This document shows, piece after piece, positions 27,816-37,964 of a stretch of 64,000 nt of DNA. Under the pieces are notes generated by a model, which saw only the letters and a program-made list of their open reading frames with translations, did no database searches and was not told where the DNA came from. The stretch is taken from the NCBI GenBank assembly GCA_963765205.1, contig CAVXVB010000011.1, positions 96,001 to 160,000 of the forward strand, read 5' to 3'. A program made the position numbers and the translations under genes. The first letter of the stretch is position 1, and the number at the start of each line of letters is the position of its first letter. The DNA is from an uncultured Verrucomicrobiae bacterium. Its GTDB lineage: Bacteria > Verrucomicrobiota > Verrucomicrobiia > Opitutales > JABDGR01.

Positions 27816-28991
27816 TTACGCGCCGGCGGGCAGCGCCAGCGCCTGCGCATGGATGTAATCAAGATGCGCCCGCGCGGCCTGTAATTCTTCCGCGATTTGG
27901 CGGCGCCATTCGGACAGGGTCTCGCGGGTCACGTCCATTTTCCCGCGCGCGGCCACCTGCAATTCGGCGATGCGCTCGGAGAGCCGCTTTGAAATCTGCT
28001 GCACCGCTTCAATGGAATGGGCGACCAGTTCGCGGGCCTGCACGGACATCGGCGTCGAGATCTTTTCCAGGTGCGTGTCAATCTGGTAACGCGCCTCGGT
28101 CAATTCCGCGAGGAGGATGCGCGAGGCGGGCACGCGCCGCAGGTCGCTGGTCAGGCCGAGTTTGCTGAGGGTCCAAATCGTCCACTTGGTCGGGTCGAAC
28201 TGCCAGAACTTCACGCCGTTGCGGTAGTCGTGCTGGAACTCGTGGTGGAAATTGTGGTAGCCTTCGCCGAAGGTCACGAGGGCGACGAGGCCGCTGTCGC
28301 GCGCGCTGCACTTGGTCGAATAAGGCCGGCGGCCGACGCAGTGGCAGACGGAGTTGATGCAAAAGGTGCTGTGTTGCACACAGACGATGCGCAGCACGCC
28401 GCCAATCAGAAAACCGCCCAGCGCCTGAATGCCGACTTCCGCAGCCGTGCCGTAGTGGAACCAGCCATAGAGCGCGCCGAGCAGCGTGGGCAGGCCGAAG
28501 CCAACCACAACGCCGATCAGGTTCGTCCAACGATGCTGCCAGAGGACGAGTTTGTCCTTCCACAAATCCGGAATGTTGTCCTGGGGCGGCTCGGGGCGCA
28601 GCTTGAACATCATCCAGCCCATGTGGGCATACCAGAAACCCTTGGTGATGTCGTAGGGGTCTTCGTCCTCGTCCACATGCTTGTGGTGGTTGCGGTGGTC
28701 GCTGACCCAGTCAATCGCGGAGTTCTCGAAGGAGGCCGAGCCAAAAATCAGCACCAAAAGCCGGATGGGCATTTTGGCTTTGAAACTCAGGTGCGCAAAC
28801 AACCGATGGTAGCCAAAGGTGATGGACAGGCCCGTCGCAATGTAAAACGCAAAGAAGAGGCCGACCAGAAACCAATTCAGGCCGAAGTGCCAGATATACC
28901 ACGGAACCGCGGTGACGGCGATGGCCAGGGTGACAATCAGGAAGGTGCTGGTTACCCAGATGACCCGGTCGAAAGGGATACGTTTGAACAT
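27816..28991 (-). CDS. Delta-9 acyl-lipid/acyl-CoA fatty acid desaturase
   Basis: His boxes HRLFAH, HRNHH, GEGYHNFHH; DPTKW. Confidence 0.93.
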   Translation of the reverse strand: MFKRIPFDRVIWVTSTFLIVTLAIAVTAVPWYIWHFGLNWFLVGLFFAFYIATGLSITFGYHRLFAHLSFKAKMPIRLLVLIFGSASFENSAIDWVSDHRNHHKHVDEDEDPYDITKGFWYAHMGWMMFKLRPEPPQDNIPDLWKDKLVLWQHRWTNLIGVVVGFGLPTLLGALYGWFHYGTAAEVGIQALGGFLIGGVLRIVCVQHSTFCINSVCHCVGRRPYSTKCSARDSGLVALVTFGEGYHNFHHEFQHDYRNGVKFWQFDPTKWTIWTLSKLGLTSDLRRVPASRILLAELTEARYQIDTHLEKISTPMSVQARELVAHSIEAVQQISKRLSERIAELQVAARGKMDVTRETLSEWRRQIAEELQAARAHLDYIHAQALALPAGA

Positions 28992-29325
28992 AAGAAGGGA
29001 AGGGGGGTGCCTTGAATTATCGGCAGGTTGGGTCGCAGGATAATTTCCGGACGAGTCTTTTTTGGCGGATTGCAACCCAAAGGCAAGCGCCGAAAACACG
29101 AATTTCTTGAGCAAGACAGATTTCAGCGCTGCTTGCAATGCTTATTACCCGAGGTCATTTTGCCCCCGCTCCAAATTCCAGCGGGAGGCACTTTGCGACG
29201 GCGGTTTTTGGCCCGCCCGGCCAAATTTGCCGCTTTGCGGGAGAAAGAATTAAAAACTTTAATTTCAAACATCTCATTACTGATTAACGACTTATTGATT
29301 TATGAACAAATTCCCCCGGCATTTT

Positions 29326-29350
29326 TGAACGAAACGGTCTCGACGGCGTC
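29326..29350 (+). promoter_or_regulatory. ECF-sigma-like promoter
   Basis: TGAAC-N16-CGTC, matching the common ECF AAC/CGT architecture. Confidence 0.4.
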
Positions 29351-29356
29351 TCTCTC

Positions 29357-29467
29357 TTTAGAACGCGGTTGGCTTACTTAGTCCGATTGCGATCTGGTTT
29401 CAGTTCAGTTTGTGGTTCGATTTAGGTTCAGGCACGGCCCCTCGTCTGAGGGGCCGTGTTTGTTTTT
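29357..29467 (+). ncRNA. Candidate ~110-nt small RNA
   Basis: ORF-less GU-rich stretch between the ECF-like promoter and a strong terminator that has no upstream + strand CDS to terminate. Confidence 0.4.
29431..29467 (+). terminator. Rho-independent terminator
   Basis: GGCACGGCCCCTC-GTCT-GAGGGGCCGTGTT followed by TGTTTTT. Confidence 0.85.
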
Positions 29468-29477
29468 AGGGGTAAAG

Positions 29478-29612
29478 GAATGGAAGATGGAAAAAGGAAA
29501 ATGGAAAAAGCCAGACCCTGTGAAGCGGCAGAAGTAGGTGTTTGGACGCATAACGTCTTGATTTTGAGGGCTTGGTTCGTGTTTTCCCTCTTCCATTTTC
29601 CATCTTCCATTC
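29478..29612. repeat. Element with inverted 7-mer arms (TGGAARA)n...(TYTTCCA)n
   Basis: Four units per arm, ~70-bp unique spacer. Confidence 0.9.
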
Positions 29613-29625
29613 ATTAGACTGCGCC

Positions 29626-30384
29626 ATGCTCCGCGTGTTCCATCCCGGTCCCTGGCCCGCCGTGGGCGGGGAAATCCTCCTCGCCGCCGCCGAATCCAGC
29701 CACCTCGTCCGTGTCCGCCGGGCGCGGGCGGGTGAAATCGTGGAAGTGCTTGATGGCCGGGGCGGCGTGGCGACGGGCGCGTTGCTGGGCGAGGATGCCA
29801 AGGCCGCGCGCGTGCGCGTGGATAAGATCACGCGCCAGCTTGCGCCTGTGTCGCGCGTGCTCGCGGTCGGCCTGCCCAAGGGCGACGGGTTGGTCGAAAT
29901 CATCCGCCAGGCGACGGAACTCGGCGCGACGGCCGTGCAGCCCCTGTTCACCGCCCGCAGCGAAGTCCGCCTCGCCGAGCAGGACCGCGCCGCCCGCAAA
30001 CTCGACCGCTGGCGCGCCGCGGCCCTCGAAGCCGGCAAGCAATCCGGCAACCCCTGGCAGCCCGTCATCCACGCCCCAGTGGAATTGGGAAAGTGGCTCG
30101 CCGCTTTACCTTCCGCCGCTCCGTCTAGTAGCCCGCAGGAAATTCGCCTCGTCGCCGCACTGACCCCCGACGCCAAACCCTTGCGGGAGCTATCTCCCCT
30201 TTGTCCCTCTGTCCCTTTGTCCCTCTGTCCCTTCACAATCGCCGTCGGCCCCGAAGGCGACTTCACCCCCGCCGAATACGCCGCCTTCCAAGCCGCCGGC
30301 TTCCAAGCCGTGAGACTGCCCGGCCACGTCCTCCGCGTCGAAACGGCTTGCGTTGTTGCGCTTGCGCTGTTGAATGGCCAATAA
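29626..30384 (+). CDS. rsmE: 16S rRNA m3U1498 methyltransferase
   Basis: HLVRVRR, ATELG, EAGKQSG, VGPEGDF, VLRVETA. Confidence 0.92.
   Translation: MLRVFHPGPWPAVGGEILLAAAESSHLVRVRRARAGEIVEVLDGRGGVATGALLGEDAKAARVRVDKITRQLAPVSRVLAVGLPKGDGLVEIIRQATELGATAVQPLFTARSEVRLAEQDRAARKLDRWRAAALEAGKQSGNPWQPVIHAPVELGKWLAALPSAAPSSSPQEIRLVAALTPDAKPLRELSPLCPSVPLSLCPFTIAVGPEGDFTPAEYAAFQAAGFQAVRLPGHVLRVETACVVALALLNGQ
30193..30232 (+). repeat. 8-mer repeat arm (YTGTCCCT)n lying in frame inside rsmE
   Basis: TCTCCCCT TTGTCCCT CTGTCCCT TTGTCCCT CTGTCCCT encodes SPLCPSVPLSLCP; same unit as the 45091 and 59609 arms. Confidence 0.88.
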
Positions 30385-30398
30385 GTAACTAAAAGCCA

Positions 30399-31415
30399 AT
30401 GGATTACGAAGCCTGTCCAGTTTGTTTTAGCCCGAGTCAAATCCGCGTTATAGGAGATGCGGAAGCGGTTAGTTGCTTCAGATGCGGAAATTTCGAGATA
30501 GATGGTACAGCGAAGGCAATGTTGCCAGACCAAATAGATACTCCTATAAAACGATCAATGGGTTCGAGTTATATGTATGGCGCCCAAGGAATGAAGATAT
30601 CGCGAGACGAAATAATATTTTTAAAGACGGTGACTCGTCCGCCAATTTCTCAAAGAGCAAGGCGGTTATTATCTTGTCTTGCAAAAGCTTGCCCCAACAT
30701 TGGCCAAAGCATGCAGATTCACAGCAGTTCGGTCGCCACAATTCTCGATGTAATCTTTAAACATGGCTTGGGGCCTTATGACCTTTCGAGGGGTGAACCT
30801 GTTAGGAGTTTTTTGCAAGACCCACATTTTTTTCTGCCTTTGCTTGCATCTTCTTACTCACCGGGACCCGATGAGTTAGTATATATTTTGGGCCACTATC
30901 TTAGCGACACACTCGGCTATCTTGGAAAACATGGAGTGTTCAATTATGCAATAACTGGCAAGGGCTGGGAGTTCCTCCAGGAATCACCGAAGGCGGCGGA
31001 CAGCAGTGAGGCTTTTGTCGCGATGAGTTTTGGCCCTGATCTTTTGCCGTTCTATATTCAAGTAATTGAAAAGGGTGTTAGGGAAGCAGGCTACAATCCG
31101 GTGCGTTTAGACAGAACAGAAACCATTAATCGAATTGATGATGAAATTATCGCTTCAATTCGAAGAGCAAAATTTGTTGTCGCTGATTTTACGGAACAAA
31201 AGGCCGGGGCTTACTTTGAAGCAGGTTATGCCCTCGGACTTGGCTTAAAAGTTGTTTGGATGTGCAGCGAAAAGGACAAGAAAAACGTGCATTTCGATAC
31301 CAGACAGTTCAACATGATCTTTTGGGAGGACGACAAGTTTGAGGAAGCAAAACGTATGCTCAAGAACCGTATCGAGGCTAATTTTGGACATGGTGCCATA
31401 AAGGCAGACACATAA
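30399..31415 (+). CDS. Zn-ribbon plus nucleoside 2-deoxyribosyltransferase/TIR-like domain protein
   Basis: CPVC...CFRC; C-terminal AFVAMSF...IDDEI...FVVADFT...YFEAGYALG...HFD. Visibly AT-rich relative to neighbours. Confidence 0.7.
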   Translation: MDYEACPVCFSPSQIRVIGDAEAVSCFRCGNFEIDGTAKAMLPDQIDTPIKRSMGSSYMYGAQGMKISRDEIIFLKTVTRPPISQRARRLLSCLAKACPNIGQSMQIHSSSVATILDVIFKHGLGPYDLSRGEPVRSFLQDPHFFLPLLASSYSPGPDELVYILGHYLSDTLGYLGKHGVFNYAITGKGWEFLQESPKAADSSEAFVAMSFGPDLLPFYIQVIEKGVREAGYNPVRLDRTETINRIDDEIIASIRRAKFVVADFTEQKAGAYFEAGYALGLGLKVVWMCSEKDKKNVHFDTRQFNMIFWEDDKFEEAKRMLKNRIEANFGHGAIKADT

Positions 31416-31460
31416 TTATTATGCGAAATCTGCTGACGGAAATTCCAGGGCGTGACTGGA

Positions 31461-32252
31461 TTATTTTTTTGTCGCAGCAGTGATACTCTTTAAATTTGAA
31501 ACGACGTATAGTTTTGAGCCTTCGAGATTTTTATTTTGGATGCTAGAAACGTGTGATAATTTCGAGCGTTTCCCCCAGCTTTTCAGTATGGCATTCGCCA
31601 TTAAAGCATCCGGGACATTTTGTTTTTTTATTGCCATGCCTATCCCAAAAAACGTCTCCTCCAGCATCAGGCACAAACAGTGGTAGATGGGCAGATGGAA
31701 TTCCTGAATTTTAAAGGTTTCCTTTTCGGGGGCGCGGATGCAGGCGTCGCATTTGGCCAATAATTTGCCGCCGGTGGCGCCGGTGAGGCCGATGATTTTC
31801 ATGCCGCGCGCCTTCGCCGCATCGGCGGCGTGGAGGACGTTGGCGGAGTTGCCGGAGGTGGTGAGGGCCAGCAGGGCGTCGCCCGGACGGCCGAGGCCCC
31901 AGGTGAGTTGCGCGTAAACATACTTCGGGTCGCAATCGTTGCCGAAGGCGGAGACGAGGGCCGTCAGTTGCGGGAGCGGGATGGCGGGGAGCGCGCCTTG
32001 CAGGTTTTTCGCCAGGTCGCCGCCGAGTTGCGCGGCGTCGGCGGCGGGGAGGGTGCGCGCGTGGCCAAAGCCTTTCAAGAGTTCGCCGGCGATGTGGTCG
32101 GAGTCGGCCGCGCTGCCGCCGTTGCCGCAGAGCAGCAATTTCCCGCCTGCGCGAAAAGTCTGCTCAAGCAGGCCATAGGCGGCGGCGATGTCCGGCGCGC
32201 AAACGGAGAGCGGCGGGTAGCGGGTGAGGAGGGTCTGCAAGCGATGGTGCAT
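31461..32252 (-). CDS. gmhA: Phosphoheptose isomerase (SIS domain); true stop probably at 31640
   Basis: CGNGGSAADSDHIAGEL, GND, TSGNSANV, IQEFHL. Reads on past LEETFFG into AT-rich sequence. Confidence 0.85.
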   Translation of the reverse strand: MHHRLQTLLTRYPPLSVCAPDIAAAYGLLEQTFRAGGKLLLCGNGGSAADSDHIAGELLKGFGHARTLPAADAAQLGGDLAKNLQGALPAIPLPQLTALVSAFGNDCDPKYVYAQLTWGLGRPGDALLALTTSGNSANVLHAADAAKARGMKIIGLTGATGGKLLAKCDACIRAPEKETFKIQEFHLPIYHCLCLMLEETFFGIGMAIKKQNVPDALMANAILKSWGKRSKLSHVSSIQNKNLEGSKLYVVSNLKSITAATKK

Positions 32253-32259
32253 CTCGGGA

Positions 32260-32393
32260 AAGGATGAGGGATGAAGGATGAAAGAAAACAAAGGCGGAAA
32301 AGCGAAGAAGGACGTTTTGGAATTTTTGGTTTTATTGTTCAAATTACTGGAACAGTGGCTTGATTCATCCTTCATCCCTCATCCTTCATCCTT
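32260..32393. repeat. Element with inverted 7-mer arms (ARGGATG)n...(CATCCYT)n
   Basis: Right arm overlaps the guaB stop codon; left arm ends 8 nt from the gmhA start. Confidence 0.9.
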
Positions 32394-33984
32394 AGGCTTT
32401 GCTCGCTTTCACTTCAATCACGTCGTGGGGAGCGGCTTCCTTCATGCCGGCGGCGGTGACGCGCGCGAAGCGGGCGTTTTCGCGCAGTTCGGCGAGGTTG
32501 CGCGCGCCGAGGTAGCCGAGGCCGCTTTGCAGGCCGCCGAGCAGCGGCGCGAGCACGGCGTCGAGCGTGCCGGCGATTTCCTTGAGCGCCTCGATGCCTT
32601 CGGCGGCGATTTTTTGCGGGCGCCCGCCGCTGGGGCCGGATTTCTCGTGGCCGTAGCGCGCGGCGGAGCCGGCCTTCATCGCGCTGAGGCTGCCCATGCC
32701 GCGGTATTGCTTGTAAAACTTGCCGTCAATTTCGATGATTTCGCCCGGCGCCTCGCGGCAGCCGGCGAGCAGCCCGCCGAGGATCACCGCGTCGGAGAGG
32801 GTAAGCGCCTTGACGATGTCGCCGCTCTTGGTGATGCCACCGTCGGCGATGAGGCGCACGCCGCGCCGCTGCGCCTCCTGCGCGGCCACGTAGAGGGCGG
32901 TCAGTTGCGGAATGCCCACGCCTGCGACGATGCGCGTGGTGCATATCGAGCCGGGGCCCTGGCCGATCTTGATCGCGTCCGCCCCCGCTTCGGCGAGAAA
33001 CGCGACGCCCGCGCCGCTGGTGACGTTGCCGGCGATGAGGGTGAGGTCTTTGAATTCCGCGCGCAAGAGCCGCACGCACTGGCCGACGCCGGCGGTGTGC
33101 CCGTGCGCGGTGGAAATCGCCAGCGCATCCGCCCCGGCTTGCACGAGCGCGCCGGCTTGCTTGAGCATTTGGTCGCGGTCGAGTTCCCCCGTGGGCGTGC
33201 GCGGGGCGGAGAGCGCCGCGCCGCACACGAGGCGGAACTTCGCGTCGCGCGCGGGGCGGACGTTGGCGCGGGCCTCCTCGGTGATGCGCTCGATGTCACT
33301 CAGGGTGAACAGGCCGCGCAGGCGGTCGCGGTCGTCCACGACGAGGAGTTTGTGGATGCCAAGATGTTCGGTGAAAAATTTGTCAGCGGCGGCGATGGGA
33401 TTTTTGCCGAGGTCTTTTTCCTTGAGCGTGTAAACCTCGGCGCGGGGCGTCATCGCCTCGGCGACTTTTTTCGCGCGGTAGCGTTCTTTGACGACGCGGC
33501 CCGAGAGCAGGCCGACGAGCACGCCCTTTTCGTCCACGACCGGGAAGGTGCGGAAGGAGAAGCGTTTTTCGTCCACGCGCCGCAGCACGTCCTCGATGGT
33601 TTGGTTGGGCGAGACCTGGATGGGGTCGCGGATGAGGCCGTGGACGTGATACTTCACGCGCTCGACCTCGCGCACCTGCTCCTCCGGGCTGAGGTTGTAA
33701 TGGATGAGGCCGAGACCGCCGTTGAGGGCGAGGCCGATGGCCATGGCCGATTCGGTCACGGTGTCCATGTCCGCCGAAATGATCGGCATGGAAAGGTGGA
33801 GAGCCTCGCTGAGCGAAGTGTCGAGGCGCGTGTCGCGCGGGAGGACTTCGGAGTAGAGCGTGGCGAGCGTGACGTCGTCATACGTCAGCGCGGTCGGGGC
33901 CTGGCCCGGGAAGAATTCCGCGGCGGATTGATAGAAGCGGGCGTCGTCGCCGGCTGCGGTTTTTTTTGGGGGGGAAGCGCTCAT
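32392..33984 (-). CDS. guaB: IMP dehydrogenase
   Basis: [18 protein letters not shown] pair, [20 protein letters not shown]. Confidence 0.95.
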   Translation of the reverse strand: MSASPPKKTAAGDDARFYQSAAEFFPGQAPTALTYDDVTLATLYSEVLPRDTRLDTSLSEALHLSMPIISADMDTVTESAMAIGLALNGGLGLIHYNLSPEEQVREVERVKYHVHGLIRDPIQVSPNQTIEDVLRRVDEKRFSFRTFPVVDEKGVLVGLLSGRVVKERYRAKKVAEAMTPRAEVYTLKEKDLGKNPIAAADKFFTEHLGIHKLLVVDDRDRLRGLFTLSDIERITEEARANVRPARDAKFRLVCGAALSAPRTPTGELDRDQMLKQAGALVQAGADALAISTAHGHTAGVGQCVRLLRAEFKDLTLIAGNVTSGAGVAFLAEAGADAIKIGQGPGSICTTRIVAGVGIPQLTALYVAAQEAQRRGVRLIADGGITKSGDIVKALTLSDAVILGGLLAGCREAPGEIIEIDGKFYKQYRGMGSLSAMKAGSAARYGHEKSGPSGGRPQKIAAEGIEALKEIAGTLDAVLAPLLGGLQSGLGYLGARNLAELRENARFARVTAAGMKEAAPHDVIEVKASKA

Positions 33985-34069
33985 GGGCAGAAGAGATGCG
34001 TTTCCCAGAGTCAATTAACGCCGGAATGGCGGAGAGGCAACTTCATTTTTTGGATTTGGGCATGGTCGC

Positions 34070-34100
34070 TTGACAAATTTCCGTTAACATGTATGTTAAC
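34070..34100 (+). promoter_or_regulatory. Promoter and operator of the relE-xre TA module
   Basis: TTGACA (34070)-N16-TATGTT; perfect IR GTTAACAT-GT-ATGTTAAC (34083-34100). Confidence 0.8.
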
Positions 34101-34106
34101 AGAAGC

Positions 34107-34483
34107 TTGAAACTCCACACTGTTGTTTTCTATGCCACGACCGATGACCGCAGGCCCGTCGAGGAGTGGCTGGACAGCCTTGATGACGCCCGGGCGGAAG
34201 CCGTCGCCATGGGCATCAAGTTTTTCGAGGAGTATCCCAATCCCATCGTTCCCGCGAAATTCTTCGAAAAAGTCGCCGGAACGCACCTCTGGGAAATCAA
34301 ATGTCATTACGGCAAGGAACAATACCGGCTTTTGGCCTTCATGGAAGGTAATTCAATCATCATTGCCACCCATGGATTTTCCAAAAAACCTGGAAAATCC
34401 CGCGCCGTGAGGTGCAAGTGGCGGAAGCCCGGCGCCAAGAACATCTTCATCGAAAAAAACAACCAACAGGGATCACCTTATGA
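34107..34483 (+). CDS. RelE/ParE-family (Gp49/HigB-like) toxin, frameshifted at an A6 run
   Basis: PVEEWL, LWEIK, YRLL.F, THGF.KK. Adding one A at 34383-34388 gives KKTWKIPRREVQVAEARR and an ATGA overlap with the antitoxin. Confidence 0.85.
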
Positions 34484-34818
34484 GCGACATCGAAAAATAT
34501 ATCCGTAAACGCCAGGCCCGCAATCCGAGGGCCTGGGCTGACTTTGACGCCAAATACCGGCAATATGCCTTTGGTCTGCTGCTGGCGGAACATCGGCTAA
34601 AGGCGGGATTAACGCTTTCGGTGCTCGCCAAGCGAATGAAAATGCAGAAATCCGCGCTTTCTCGCCTGGAAAATCACGGCGAGGATATGCGGCTTTCCAC
34701 CATTGCCCGCTACGTTAATGCGACCGGGCGTCCGCTGGCGTTTAAAATCTATCCGGGTGAAGGAGGGACGGCGAAAGGCGTGGGCAAATCTGCGTCTCTG
34801 CAATTGGAGAGCGCTTGA
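34480..34818 (+). CDS. XRE-family HTH antitoxin (HigA-like)
   Basis: RLKAGLTLSVLAKRM..QKSALSRLEN...RLSTI. Confidence 0.88.
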   Translation: MSDIEKYIRKRQARNPRAWADFDAKYRQYAFGLLLAEHRLKAGLTLSVLAKRMKMQKSALSRLENHGEDMRLSTIARYVNATGRPLAFKIYPGEGGTAKGVGKSASLQLESA

Positions 34819-34831
34819 GTATTGTTTTTGG

Positions 34832-36554
34832 TCATTCCACCCACGGCTCGACCAGCGAAAAAGTGCCAACGTCGAACAGGCCGAGGTCGCTGAGCTTGAG
34901 GCGGGGGATGACGAGCAGCGCGAGGAAGGACAGGCACATATACGGCGCCTGCAAATTGCAGCCGTGGGCGCGCGCCTGGCTGGATAATTTTTGATACGCA
35001 GCGCCGGTCGGTACGCGCGTCGTCGGTGCTCATCAGGCCGGCGATGGGCAGCGGCAGGACTTGGGCTATGTCACCTGCGGCGAAACTCAGGCCGCCGCCG
35101 TGCTCGATCACGAGGTTGACGGCGCGCGCCAAGTCCTCGTCATTCGCGCCGACGGCCACGATGTTATGCGAGTCGTGCGCAACGCTCGAAGCCAGCGCCC
35201 CGCTCTTCAGTCCAAAATTGCGCACCAGCGTCACCGCGGGCGGCGCGTCGGCGTAGCGGTTGACGACGGTGAGTTTGAGCAAATCGCGCGCGGGGTCGCA
35301 GAGCACATAGCCCGCGGGCGACAGCGTGGGGTGCTCGCGCACTTCGCCGGTGACGATCTGGCCGTCAATGGCTTCAATCACCCGCATCCGGCTACCCGCC
35401 ACGACCAGCTCGCGGGTGACGGGCTGCCCGTCAATCGCCACCGTGGCCCGCACCCGCTTGCCCGGCTCGGCGTGGAGCGCGAATTGCGCCGGCTTTTTCG
35501 GCCGGGCGTTGAACACATTCAGCGGCTTCACGGGCACGCGCGCGACGAGCAATTCGCCGTTATGGGCGACGAGGCGGCCGTTGACCCAGGTGCGCTGCGC
35601 TTTGAATTCAACGAGGTTGTTCAACTCAATCAAGTCCGCCGGGTGGCCGGGTTGCAGGAGGCCCACGGGCAGGCCGTAATGGCGCACGGGATTGAGCGTC
35701 GCGGCGCGCAGCGCGTCCATCGCGGGCACCCCCTTGGCGACGGCGCGGCGCACGAGCGCGTCAATTTGCGATACCAGCAGATCGTCCGGGTGCTTGTCAT
35801 CGCTGCACAGGCCGCAGCAGTCGGGCGATTCGAGCAGCAGCGGCCAGAGCGCCTCGAAGTTGCGCGCGGCGGAGCCTTCGCGGATCCACACCATCATGCC
35901 GAGGGCGGCGCGCTGGCGGGCTTCTTCGAGCGTGGTGCATTCGTGGTCGGTCTCGATGCCGGCGGCGGCGTATTTTTTCAAGTCCTCGCCGAGCACGCCC
36001 GGCGAATGGCCGTCAATGTGCTTGCCGCGTTTTTTGGCCTCGGCGAGGATGGCGCGCATCACCGGGTCGCCGAAGATGACGGCGGGAAAATTCATCACCT
36101 CGGCCAGGTAGAGCACCTCGGGCAGGTCGAGCAGCTCGCCGACTTCGCGCGGGCCGAAGCGCGCGCCGGCGGTTTCAAAATTCGTCGCCGGCACGCAGGA
36201 CGGCGCGCCAAAAAAGATTTTGCAGGCCGCGCGCTTCGCCTCGGCAATCATCCAGTGGACACCGGGCAGGCCGAGGACATTGGCGATTTCGTGCGGGTCG
36301 CTGACGGTGGCGACGGTTCCGTGCGTCACGGCCACGCGGGCGAATTCGCTCGGCGGGAGCATCGAGCTTTCGACGTGGACGTGGGCGTCCACAAATCCGG
36401 GCGCAAACCACGGCGCACCGGGCCGCGGTGGGCCTTCTTCGATGACGCGCGCAATGCGCCCGTCGGTAATTTTCACCAGGCCGGCAAACATTTTCCGGGC
36501 GACGACATCCACGACGTTGCCGGAGAGAATCTGTGCAGGTGGTTCGCTTGCCAT
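34832..36554 (-). CDS. ade: Adenine deaminase, one frameshift near 35010
   Basis: DAHVHVESSM, SDPHEIANV, EVMNFP, DGH, TDHE, SDD, VAHDSHN. Alternate frame supplies APYMCLSFLALLVIPRLKLSDLGLFD. Confidence 0.92.
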
Positions 36555-36609
36555 ATCCACCAGCGTGCGGGCCGGAGGCGCGCGTGCAAGCGTTTTTAGG
36601 AGGGGAACC

Positions 36610-36690
36610 TGGAGTGTGAAGGGTGGAGTGTGAAGTTGAAACCCCAAAGGCTGTCACCGCCAAATTCCACACTTCACGCTTCACACTTCA
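36610..36690. repeat. Element with inverted 7-mer arms (TGRAGTG)n...(CACTTCA)n
   Basis: Four units per arm; ends 3 nt from the ferredoxin stop. Confidence 0.85.
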
Positions 36691-36693
36691 CGT

Positions 36694-36933
36694 TTACGCC
36701 CCGTCGCCATCCGAGCCGATGGCCTCGACCGGGCAGCCTTCGAGGGCTTCCATGCACTTGTCAATGTCCTCCTGGGTTTCGGGCTGTTTGTAGACGTAGG
36801 AGTAGCCGCCGTCGTCGCTGCGCTTGAAGAAATCGGGCGCGGTTTCGCGGCAGAGGTCGCAGTCAATGCACTGCTGGTCCACGTAGAATTTGCCGATGAT
36901 GTTGTCGGCCCATTTGTCCTTGAGGTCGGCCAT
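36694..36933 (-). CDS. Single-cluster ferredoxin
   Basis: YVDQQCIDCDLC...CPVEAIG. Confidence 0.93.
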   Translation of the reverse strand: MADLKDKWADNIIGKFYVDQQCIDCDLCRETAPDFFKRSDDGGYSYVYKQPETQEDIDKCMEALEGCPVEAIGSDGDGA

Positions 36934-37038
36934 GAGGGAGGGAAAAGAGAAAGGATCGCCAATTTGGGCGGCGAGGTCAAGCTTGGGAAGGCGAAACGAG
37001 GCGAACTAATGGCGGTCAGCAGAGGACTTATAACGCGG

Positions 37039-37404
37039 CTATTTCGCCTGCGGCGGGCGGGGCGTCGCGGAGTCGCGATGGAATTTGTGGATGGCGCGGT
37101 GGAATATCGGCGCGAGCACAACGCCGAACGAAGTAAGGAACAACGCGCCGCTAAACAGCGCGTAGCAGCCGGCGAAAATTTTGCCGCCGGTGGTCTGCAG
37201 CGTCGCCACCGGCCCCATGCCGGACAAAATCATCGAGGCGTTGAGAAAGGAGTCCACGAGGCCCATCCCTTCAAAGTGGTGGTAGCCCGCCATGCCGATG
37301 GCCAGGCAGACGGACAGGATGCCCAGCGCGACGGCCCCATGCCGCAGGAGCCGCCGGATAAAGTCCGAGCGCGACAGCAGAGGGTCATGGCGGCGTTCAT
37401 ACAT
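37039..37404 (-). CDS. Small two-TM membrane protein with ion-channel pore-like segment
   Basis: TM-GY..FE...VDSFLNASMILSGMGP...GKIF-TM. Confidence 0.6.
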   Translation of the reverse strand: MYERRHDPLLSRSDFIRRLLRHGAVALGILSVCLAIGMAGYHHFEGMGLVDSFLNASMILSGMGPVATLQTTGGKIFAGCYALFSGALFLTSFGVVLAPIFHRAIHKFHRDSATPRPPQAK

Positions 37405-37539
37405 GGGTAGGGGAGAGAATGGGAAGTAGTGGAAGAATGAGAAGGATGGGAAGTATGTGGAGTGGGGCGAGGTGAGGCAAGCCGGAGCGCGGGCTGCAGC
37501 ACCGCGCTACGAGAAGAGGGCGCGGATTTGCCGGCCTTG

Positions 37540-37947
37540 CTACCAATTCTCCGGGCGCTGGCGGGTTTGCTTGATGCCGGCGCGGTGTTTCTTGGATTCG
37601 ATCATGCGGACTTTTTGCCCGCGGGATTTTTGGCGGCGGCGGCGGCGTTCGGCCTCGCGCTCGTCGCGCGCGGCGGCGGCGGCGGATGCGCGGCGGTGGG
37701 TGAGCTTGGCGCACAAGTCCGCCCAGGCCTGCACGCGGTTCCAGATCTGCGAGCGCCCATCCTGGCAGCGCGCCTCGACGCCGGTCGGCCCATGGCGCAG
37801 CCAGACGGTGGAGGAGGTCTTGTTGATTTTCTGCCCGCCCGGCCCGGTGCCGCGCACGAAGCGCTCCTCGACATCCTCGGGCCGGACGCCCAGGGCAATG
37901 AGCCGCTGGCGCAAGGCGGGGTCGAGGATGTCGGGGAAGGGGGGCAT
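37540..37947 (-). CDS. Peptide chain release factor-like protein (ArfB/RF-1 domain)
   Basis: GPGGQKINKT, H.PTG, RSQ..NR, basic C-terminal tail. Confidence 0.88.
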   Translation of the reverse strand: MPPFPDILDPALRQRLIALGVRPEDVEERFVRGTGPGGQKINKTSSTVWLRHGPTGVEARCQDGRSQIWNRVQAWADLCAKLTHRRASAAAAARDEREAERRRRRQKSRGQKVRMIESKKHRAGIKQTRQRPENW

Positions 37948-37964
37948 AATTTCCTTGCTGGAAA

